Source: a virus (lineage: Duplodnaviria > Heunggongvirae > Uroviricota > Caudoviricetes). From it: a stretch of 11,708 nt of DNA. Every line of letters begins with the position of its first letter. Position 1 is the first letter of the stretch. The translations under genes and the position numbers were made by a program. Shown here piece after piece: positions 5,702-11,708 of the stretch. The stretch lies in the IMG/VR virus record IMGVR_UViG_2778261005_000027; one strand, 5' to 3'. The notes under the pieces were generated by a model that saw only the letters and a program-made list of their open reading frames with translations, ran no database searches and had not been told where the DNA came from.

Positions 5702-5871
5702 TGACTAAGAAAATAAAATGTGCTTACCACCTTTGCAAAAAAGACGTTGAAGAAAGCAAAGCTATTGAAAGAATGCTTCACTTCATGCACGGGACTTTAT
5801 CAAAAGACGAACCGAGAAAATATTGCAGTGAAGCTTGTGCCGAAAAAGACCAGATGGCACACGAACTTTAA
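5701..5871 (+). CDS. ydaE: Small Cys-rich (zinc-ribbon-like) protein, 56 aa ([14 protein letters not shown]...YCSEACAEKDQMAHEL)
   Basis: I translated this by hand. Its ATG overlaps the kilR stop (TGATG). The 56-aa length and position match my recollection of K-12 YdaE. It has CxxxxC and CxxxC motifs. Confidence 0.75.
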   Translation: MTKKIKCAYHLCKKDVEESKAIERMLHFMHGTLSKDEPRKYCSEACAEKDQMAHEL

Positions 5872-5944
5872 TTAATTGACTATTCGAAACTGAATTTATG
5901 CCAGCAATGGCAGGGATTCGCTCAACCTTAATTAAGGAGAAAAA

Positions 5945-6220
5945 ATGATTACCAGTTATGAAGCCACTGTTGTAACTACCGATGACATTGTTCACGAGGT
6001 GAATCTGGAAGGAAAGCGCATTGGCTACGTAATTAAAACAGAAAATAAAGAAACCCCATTCACTGTGGTTGATATCGATGGTCCATCAGGCAACGTAAAA
6101 ACACTTGATGAAGGTGTCAAAAAAATGTGCCTGGTGCATATCGGAAAGAATCTGCCCGCAGAAAAAAAAGCCGAATTTCTGGCAACTCTAATTGCAATGA
6201 AATTAAAAGGTGAAATCTGA
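5945..6220 (+). CDS. racC: Rac prophage protein RacC, 91 aa
   Basis: A strong AAGGAGA Shine-Dalgarno precedes the ATG. The 91-aa length and position immediately upstream of recE match K-12 RacC. Confidence 0.8.
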   Translation: MITSYEATVVTTDDIVHEVNLEGKRIGYVIKTENKETPFTVVDIDGPSGNVKTLDEGVKKMCLVHIGKNLPAEKKAEFLATLIAMKLKGEI

Positions 6221-6225
6221 AAGAA

Positions 6226-6250
6226 ATAGCCTGCGTATGGCGCAGGCTAT
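6226..6250. other. Perfect 10-bp stem hairpin (ATAGCCTGCG-tatgg-CGCAGGCTAT) between racC and recE
   Basis: Read directly from the sequence. No T-tract follows on the plus strand; on the minus strand the hairpin is followed by TTCTTTC. This could be an attenuator, an RNA-processing site, or an antisense terminator. Confidence 0.5.
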
Positions 6251-6321
6251 GAACAGTGTGTATCCGGCAAGATCATTCACTGAACAAAACGAATTTTAAT
6301 CTGAGTTGAGGTTAAAAAACA

Positions 6322-8922
6322 ATGAGCACAAAACCACTCTTCCTGTTACGGAAAGCGAAAAAATCATCCGGTGAACCTGACGTCGTCCTGTGGGCAAGCA
6401 ACGATTTTGAATCGACCTGTGCCACTCTGGACTACCTGATCGTTAAGTCAGGTAAAAAACTGAGCAGCTATTTTAAAGCTGTTGCCACGAATTTTCCTGT
6501 CGTTAATGACCTGCCCGCTGAAGGTGAGATCGATTTTACCTGGAGTGAACGCTATCAACTCAGCAAAGACTCCATGACATGGGAACTAAAACCGGGAGCA
6601 GCACCAGACAACGCTCACTATCAAAGCAATACCAACGTCAACGGCGAAGACATGACTGAGATTGAGGAGAATATGCTACTCCCAATTTCTGGCCAGGAAC
6701 TGCCCATTCGTTGGCTTGCTCAACACGGCAGCGAAAAACCGGTAACGCACGTTTCACGCGACGGACTCCAGGCATTACACATTGCTCGGGCTGAAGAACT
6801 ACCGGCTGTTACTGCCCTGGCTGTTTCCCACAAAACCAGCCTGCTCGACCCGCTGGAAATTCGCGAACTCCACAAACTGGTTCGTGACACTGACAAAGTT
6901 TTCCCTAATCCTGGTAATTCAAACCTGGGACTGATAACTGCTTTTTTCGAAGCATACCTGAACGCTGACTACACCGATCGAGGACTGCTGACAAAAGAGT
7001 GGATGAAGGGTAATCGTGTTTCACACATCACTCGCACGGCTTCCGGTGCTAATGCTGGCGGCGGAAACCTCACCGATCGCGGCGAAGGTTTCGTACACGA
7101 TCTGACGTCACTGGCGCGCGACGTAGCCACTGGCGTACTGGCCCGTTCAATGGATCTGGACATCTATAACCTTCATCCGGCACACGCTAAACGCATTGAG
7201 GAAATTATCGCTGAAAATAAACCGCCCTTTTCTGTTTTCCGCGACAAATTCATCACCATGCCTGGCGGGCTGGATTATTCCCGCGCCATCGTGGTTGCGT
7301 CCGTAAAAGAAGCACCAATTGGGATCGAGGTCATCCCCGCGCACGTCACTGAATATCTGAACAAAGTACTGACTGAAACCGATCATGCCAACCCTGATCC
7401 GGAAATCGTGGATATTGCCTGCGGTCGCTCCTCTGCCCCAATGCCGCAGCGAGTAACAGAAGAAGGAAAACAGGATGATGAAGAAAAACCGCAACCATCT
7501 GGAACAACGGCAGTTGAACAGGGAGAGGCTGAAACAATGGAACCGGACGCAACTGAACATCATCAGGACACGCAGCCGCTGGATGCTCAGTCACAGGTAA
7601 ATTCTATTGATGCGAAATATCAGGAACTGCGGGCAGAACTCCATGAAGCCCGGAAAAACATTCCATCAAAAGATCCTGTCGATGCCGATAAATTGCTTGC
7701 TGCATCACGTGGTGAATTTGTTGACGGAATTAGCGACCCGAACGATCCGAAATGGGTAAAGGGGATCCAGACTCGCGATTGTGTGTACCAGAACCAGCCA
7801 GAAACGGAAAAAACCAGCCCGGATATGAATCAACCTGAGCCAGTAGTGCAACAGGAACCGGAAATAGCCTGCAATGCCTGCGGCCAGACTGGCGGGGATA
7901 ACTGCCCTGACTGTGGTGCGGTGATGGGCGACGCAACATACCAGGAAACATTCGATGAAGAGAGTCAGGTTGAAGCTAAGGAAAATGATCCGGAGGAAAT
8001 GGAAGGCGCTGAACATCCGCACAATGAGAATGCTGGCAGCGATCCGCATCGCGATTGCAGTGATGAAACTGGCGAAGTCGCAGATCCCGTAATCGTAGAA
8101 GACATAGAGCCAGGTATTTATTACGGAATTTCGAATGAGAATTACCACGCGGGTCCCGGTGTCAGTAAGTCTCAGCTCGATGACATTGCTGATACTCCGG
8201 CACTATATTTGTGGCGTAAAAATGCCCCCGTTGACACCACAAAGACAAAAACGCTCGATTTAGGAACCGCTTTCCACTGCCGGGTACTTGAACCGGAAGA
8301 ATTCAGTAACCGCTTTATCGTAGCACCTGAATTTAACCGCCGTACAAACGCCGGAAAAGAAGAAGAGAAAGCGTTTCTGATGGAATGCGCAAGCACAGGA
8401 AAAACAGTTATCACTGCGGAAGAAGGCCGGAAAATTGAACTCATGTATCAAAGCGTTATGGCTTTGCCGCTGGGGCAATGGCTTGTTGAAAGCGCCGGAC
8501 ACGCTGAATCATCAATTTACTGGGAAGATCCTGAAACAGGAATTTTGTGTCGGTGCCGTCCGGACAAAATTATCCCTGAATTTCACTGGATCATGGACGT
8601 GAAAACTACGGCGGATATTCAACGATTCAAAACCGCTTATTACGACTACCGCTATCACGTTCAGGATGCATTCTACAGTGACGGTTATGAAGCACAGTTT
8701 GGAGTGCAGCCAACTTTCGTTTTTCTGGTTGCCAGCACAACTATTGAATGCGGACGTTATCCGGTTGAAATTTTCATGATGGGCGAAGAAGCAAAACTGG
8801 CAGGTCAACAGGAATATCACCGCAATCTGCGAACCCTGTCTGACTGCCTGAATACCGATGAATGGCCAGCTATTAAGACATTATCACTGCCCCGCTGGGC
8901 TAAGGAATATGCAAATGACTAA
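6322..8922 (+). CDS. recE: Exodeoxyribonuclease VIII (RecE), 866 aa
   Basis: The 866-aa length matches K-12 RecE. The C-terminal nuclease region ([26 protein letters not shown] ... DVKTTADIQ) is recognisable. The central part is acidic and low-complexity and carries a CNACG...CPDCG motif. recE overlaps recT by 8 bp. Confidence 0.92.
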   Translation: MSTKPLFLLRKAKKSSGEPDVVLWASNDFESTCATLDYLIVKSGKKLSSYFKAVATNFPVVNDLPAEGEIDFTWSERYQLSKDSMTWELKPGAAPDNAHYQSNTNVNGEDMTEIEENMLLPISGQELPIRWLAQHGSEKPVTHVSRDGLQALHIARAEELPAVTALAVSHKTSLLDPLEIRELHKLVRDTDKVFPNPGNSNLGLITAFFEAYLNADYTDRGLLTKEWMKGNRVSHITRTASGANAGGGNLTDRGEGFVHDLTSLARDVATGVLARSMDLDIYNLHPAHAKRIEEIIAENKPPFSVFRDKFITMPGGLDYSRAIVVASVKEAPIGIEVIPAHVTEYLNKVLTETDHANPDPEIVDIACGRSSAPMPQRVTEEGKQDDEEKPQPSGTTAVEQGEAETMEPDATEHHQDTQPLDAQSQVNSIDAKYQELRAELHEARKNIPSKDPVDADKLLAASRGEFVDGISDPNDPKWVKGIQTRDCVYQNQPETEKTSPDMNQPEPVVQQEPEIACNACGQTGGDNCPDCGAVMGDATYQETFDEESQVEAKENDPEEMEGAEHPHNENAGSDPHRDCSDETGEVADPVIVEDIEPGIYYGISNENYHAGPGVSKSQLDDIADTPALYLWRKNAPVDTTKTKTLDLGTAFHCRVLEPEEFSNRFIVAPEFNRRTNAGKEEEKAFLMECASTGKTVITAEEGRKIELMYQSVMALPLGQWLVESAGHAESSIYWEDPETGILCRCRPDKIIPEFHWIMDVKTTADIQRFKTAYYDYRYHVQDAFYSDGYEAQFGVQPTFVFLVASTTIECGRYPVEIFMMGEEAKLAGQQEYHRNLRTLSDCLNTDEWPAIKTLSLPRWAKEYAND

Positions 8923-9724
8923 GCAACCACCAATCGCAAAAGCCGATCTGCAAAAAACTCAGGGAAACCGTGCACCAGCAGCAGTTAAAAATAGCGACGT
9001 GATTAGTTTTATTAACCAGCCATCAATGAAAGAGCAACTGGCAGCAGCTCTTCCACGCCATATGACGGCTGAACGTATGATCCGTATCGCCACCACAGAA
9101 ATTCGTAAAGTTCCGGCGTTAGGAAACTGTGACACTATGAGTTTTGTCAGTGCGATCGTACAGTGTTCACAGCTCGGACTTGAGCCAGGTAGCGCCCTCG
9201 GTCATGCATATTTACTGCCTTTTGGTAATAAAAACGAAAAGAGCGGTAAAAAGAACGTTCAGCTAATCATTGGCTATCGCGGCATGATTGATCTGGCTCG
9301 CCGTTCTGGTCAAATCGCCAGCCTGTCAGCCCGTGTTGTCCGTGAAGGTGACGAGTTTAGCTTCGAATTTGGCCTTGATGAAAAGTTAATACACCGCCCG
9401 GGAGAAAACGAAGATGCACCAGTGACCCACGTCTATGCTGTCGCAAGACTGAAAGACGGAGGGACTCAGTTTGAAGTTATGACGCGCAAACAGATTGAAC
9501 TGGTGCGCAGCCAGAGTAAGGCAGGTAATAACGGGCCGTGGGTAACTCACTGGGAAGAAATGGCAAAAAAAACGGCTATTCGTCGCCTGTTTAAATACCT
9601 GCCTGTCTCAATTGAAATCCAGCGTGCAGTATCAATGGATGAAAAGGAACCACTGACAATCGATCCGGCAGACTCCTCTGTATTAACCGGGGAATACAGT
9701 GTAATCGATAATTCAGAAGAATAA
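8915..9724 (+). CDS. recT: Recombination and annealing protein RecT (single-strand annealing), 269 aa
   Basis: The ATG at 8915 follows an AAGGAA Shine-Dalgarno and gives [35 protein letters not shown]..., 269 aa, matching K-12 RecT. The ORF-track start at 8858 is an upstream in-frame extension inside recE. Confidence 0.92.
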   Translation: MTKQPPIAKADLQKTQGNRAPAAVKNSDVISFINQPSMKEQLAAALPRHMTAERMIRIATTEIRKVPALGNCDTMSFVSAIVQCSQLGLEPGSALGHAYLLPFGNKNEKSGKKNVQLIIGYRGMIDLARRSGQIASLSARVVREGDEFSFEFGLDEKLIHRPGENEDAPVTHVYAVARLKDGGTQFEVMTRKQIELVRSQSKAGNNGPWVTHWEEMAKKTAIRRLFKYLPVSIEIQRAVSMDEKEPLTIDPADSSVLTGEYSVIDNSEE

Positions 9725-9768
9725 TTCAGCCAGGCGGTGTAATGCACCGCCAACGTGAGATAGTTTTT

Positions 9769-9975
9769 ATGACAAAAACTTTGAGATATGACGATGTTAA
9801 ACCATGTCCGTTTTGTGGTTGTCCATCAGTAACGGTGAAAGACATTTCATGATATTACCGGGCAAAATGCAACGGATGCGAATCCCGAACTGGCTATGGT
9901 GGAAGTGAAAAAGAAGCGCTCGAAAGATGGGATAAACGAACCACTGAAAATATTAATGGAGGCGTTCATGTATAA
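9769..9975 (+). pseudogene. ralR: ralR (lar, restriction-alleviation / type I toxin) reading frame interrupted by an in-frame TGA at 9850-9852
   Basis: The frame reads MTKTLRYDDVKPCPFCGCPSVTVKDIS-stop-YYRAKCNGCESRTGYGGSEKEALERWDKRTTENINGGVHV-stop. The stop separates the two CxxC halves of a zinc ribbon. Counting from the TTG at 9781 gives 64 codons, the length I recall for K-12 RalR, where I believe a Gly codon (GGA) occupies this position. Confidence 0.55.
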
Positions 9976-10156
9976 AATTACCGCTACAATTGAAAAGGAA
10001 GGTGGCACTCCTACTAACTGGACAAGATATTCAAAATCTAAACTAACGAAATCAGAATGCGAAAAAATGCTCTCAGGTAAAAAAGAAGCAGGCGTTTCCA
10101 GAGAGCAGAAAGTAAAACTGATAAATTTTAATTGCGAGAAACTTCAGTCCTCGTGA
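9968..10156 (+). CDS. ydaC: Small Rac prophage protein (ydaC-like), 62 aa from ATG 9968 (in-frame alternative starts at 9956 and 9896)
   Basis: A GGAGG Shine-Dalgarno lies 5 nt before the ATG at 9968. The gene sits between ralR and xisR as in K-12. I cannot match the exact length to K-12 YdaC. Confidence 0.65.
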   Translation: MYKITATIEKEGGTPTNWTRYSKSKLTKSECEKMLSGKKEAGVSREQKVKLINFNCEKLQSS

Positions 10157-10255
10157 ATTGCATTGTATTCAAATTAAAACTTCATAGCTGATTATTAATA
10201 ATCAACATCAGGCGTCAATTTCAGTCTAACATTGGCGCCTGCCAGAGGTGATGCG

Positions 10256-10471
10256 ATGGCACAAGTAATCTTTAATGAAGAGTGGATGGTTGAATACGGC
10301 CTGATGCTTCGCACTGGTCTGGGGGCCAGACAAATTGAAGCATACCGCCAGAACTGTTGGGTGGAGGGCTTCCACTTCAAACGAATATCTCCTTTAGGTA
10401 AGCCAGACAGCAAACGAGGGATTATCTGGTACAACTATCCAAAGATAAATCAGTTTATCAAAGACTCATGA
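10256..10471 (+). CDS. xisR: Prophage excisionase, 71 aa ([71 protein letters not shown])
   Basis: A GAGGTG Shine-Dalgarno lies 5 nt before the ATG at 10256. The 71-aa length matches K-12 XisR (YdaQ). Its stop is immediately followed by the intR start. The ORF-track start at 10232 is an upstream extension. Confidence 0.8.
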   Translation: MAQVIFNEEWMVEYGLMLRTGLGARQIEAYRQNCWVEGFHFKRISPLGKPDSKRGIIWYNYPKINQFIKDS

Positions 10472-10472
10472 T

Positions 10473-11708
10473 ATGTCTAAATTACCAACAGGTGTCGAGA
10501 TTAGAGGTAGAAACATTCGCATCTGGTTCATGTTTCGAGGAAAACGATGTCGGGAAACATTAAAAGGCTGGGAGATTACAAACAGTAATATTAAAAAGGC
10601 CGGAAATTTAAGAGCGCTGATAGTTCATGAAATAAACTCCGGTGAATTTGAGTATTTAAGACGTTTTCCCCAGTCCAGCACTGGGGCAAAAATGGTGACA
10701 ACGAGAGTCATAAAAACGTTCGGGGAGCTTTGTGATATCTGGACAAAAATTAAAGAGACAGAGTTAACAACAAACACAATGAAGAAAACGAAATCACAAT
10801 TAAAAACACTCAGAATAATAATTTGTGAAAGTACCCCGATATCATATATTCGTTATAGCGATATCTTAAACTACCGGAATGAACTGCTGCATGGAGAAAC
10901 GCTTTACCTGGATAATCCAAGATCCAACAAAAAAGGAAGAACCGTGCGCACAGTTGATAACTATATCGCCCTGCTCTGTTCGCTGTTACGTTTTGCGTAT
11001 CAGTCGGGATTTATATCAACCAAACCATTTGAAGGAGTAAAAAAATTACAGCGAAACAGAATAAAGCCTGACCCGTTATCTAAAACAGAATTCAATGCAT
11101 TAATGGAAAGTGAAAAAGGACAGAGCCAAAACTTGTGGAAATTTGCCGTTTACTCCGGGCTTCGTCACGGGGAACTGGCAGCTCTGGCGTGGGAGGATGT
11201 GGATTTCGAGAAGGGAACTGTGAATGTCAGAAGAAACCTGACGATACTGGATATGTTCGGTCCCCCAAAAACAAATGCCGGGATCCGGACAGTAACATTA
11301 CTGCAGCCTGCTCTTGAAGCACTGAAGGAGCAATACAAACTGACCGGGCATCATCGCAAAAGCGAAATCACCTTTTATCATCGGGAGTACGGCAGAACCG
11401 AAAAGCAAAAACTGCATTTTGTTTTCATGCCCAGGGTGTGTAACGGAAAACAGAAACCTTATTACTCGGTAAGCAGTTTGGGGGCAAGGTGGAATGCAGC
11501 AGTAAAACGTGCTGGTATTCGCCGCCGTAATCCGTACCATACGCGGCATACTTTTGCCTGCTGGCTGTTGACGGCAGGAGCGAACCCGGCATTTATAGCC
11601 AGCCAGATGGGGCATGAAACTGCGCAGATGGTGTATGAAATTTACGGTATGTGGATTGATGATATGAACGACGAACAGGTAGCCATGTTGAATGCGCGGC
11701 TATCGTAG
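10473..11708 (+). CDS. intR: Tyrosine-family site-specific integrase, 411 aa
   Basis: The 411-aa length matches K-12 IntR. The C-terminal catalytic region carries an H-x-x-R motif (NPYHTRHTFACWLL) and a tyrosine near the end (MVYEIYGMW). The window ends at its stop codon. Confidence 0.9.
   Translation: MSKLPTGVEIRGRNIRIWFMFRGKRCRETLKGWEITNSNIKKAGNLRALIVHEINSGEFEYLRRFPQSSTGAKMVTTRVIKTFGELCDIWTKIKETELTTNTMKKTKSQLKTLRIIICESTPISYIRYSDILNYRNELLHGETLYLDNPRSNKKGRTVRTVDNYIALLCSLLRFAYQSGFISTKPFEGVKKLQRNRIKPDPLSKTEFNALMESEKGQSQNLWKFAVYSGLRHGELAALAWEDVDFEKGTVNVRRNLTILDMFGPPKTNAGIRTVTLLQPALEALKEQYKLTGHHRKSEITFYHREYGRTEKQKLHFVFMPRVCNGKQKPYYSVSSLGARWNAAVKRAGIRRRNPYHTRHTFACWLLTAGANPAFIASQMGHETAQMVYEIYGMWIDDMNDEQVAMLNARLS

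Larger units (their letters stand above)
1..11708. mobile_element. Rac-like lambdoid prophage segment: replication/immunity module, early-left recombination operon and excision/integration module
   Basis: Gene order and protein sizes match my recollection of E. coli Rac: DnaC-like ydaV, ydaU, ydaT, ydaS, racR, ydaG (44 aa), ydaF (51 aa), kilR (73 aa), ydaE (56 aa), racC (91 aa), recE (866 aa), recT (269 aa), ralR, ydaC, xisR (71 aa), intR (411 aa). The window ends at the intR stop, so neither prophage boundary is visible. Confidence 0.85.

Noticed and set aside
4925-5995. ORFs 4925..5125 (+), 5602..5790 (-) and 5783..5995 (-)
   Set aside because: They are alternative-frame or antisense overlaps of the Rha-like gene, kilR, ydaE and racC, which all have strong Shine-Dalgarno sequences and lengths matching known Rac proteins.
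6969-8820. Eight minus-strand ORFs of 64-147 aa inside recE (6969..7163, 7147..7563, 7346..7594, 7705..8148, 7730..7951, 8172..8444, 8260..8502, 8512..8820)
   Set aside because: These are antisense shadow ORFs within a long, well-supported coding region. They have no Shine-Dalgarno sequences and odd composition (for example runs of F, L and C).
8858-8914. RecT start at 8858 (288 aa) as given in the ORF track
   Set aside because: The downstream ATG at 8915 has a Shine-Dalgarno and gives the 269 aa length of RecT; the upstream part lies inside the recE coding sequence.
9547-10434. Minus-strand ORFs 9547..9753 and 10195..10434, and the 86-aa plus-strand ORF from 9896
   Set aside because: The minus-strand ORFs are antisense to recT and xisR. 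The 9896 start is an upstream in-frame extension of ydaC through the ralR 3' region; the GGAGG-preceded ATG at 9968 is preferred.
11135-11615. ORFs 11135..11317 (+) and 11298..11615 (-) inside intR
   Set aside because: They are shadow frames within the integrase gene.
1-11708. CRISPR array, tRNA or rRNA genes, insertion sequences, and an attachment-site core
   Set aside because: I saw no regularly spaced direct repeats, no tRNA-like cloverleaf signatures and no transposase-like ORF. The window ends at the intR stop codon, so the attachment site and host junction are outside it.
1-11708. Chi sites (GCTGGTGG), LexA boxes (CTGT-N8-ACAG) and DnaA boxes (TTATCCACA)
   Set aside because: A by-eye scan found only near-matches (for example GCTGGCGG near 7046) and no exact consensus site. 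An exhaustive computed scan was not possible.

Overview
This window reads as the early region of a Rac-like lambdoid prophage of Escherichia coli, in reverse orientation relative to my recollection of the K-12 map. All calls rest on reading the sequence and on remembered protein sizes and motifs; no database search was possible. From left to right: the start of a winged-helix gene (partial, minus strand); the replication module ydaV (DnaC-like loader), ydaU (initiator-like), ydaT and ydaS (Cro-like) on the minus strand; the divergent repressor racR; a bidirectional terminator and two near-consensus sigma70 promoters; then a long plus-strand operon ydaG, ydaF, [variable cassette], kilR, ydaE, racC, recE (866 aa), recT (269 aa), ralR, ydaC, xisR and intR (411 aa), ending exactly at the intR stop so no attachment site is visible. 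Two things stand out. First, the slot between ydaF and kilR, which I recall holding sieB in K-12, instead carries three unrecognised genes: an AT-rich 120-aa ORF, a convergent small ORF whose C-terminal tail (IPPGFxG) matches that of the initiator YdaU, and a Rha-family protein with an unexplained N-terminal extension. I consider this the best candidate for an undescribed exclusion or replication-interference module. Second, ydaU carries three copies of a 21-bp palindrome (TGTAACGC-N5-GCGTTACA) about 200 bp apart, next to an acidic linker, which may mark an origin. ralR is interrupted by an in-frame TGA. No tRNA, rRNA, CRISPR array or IS element was seen.
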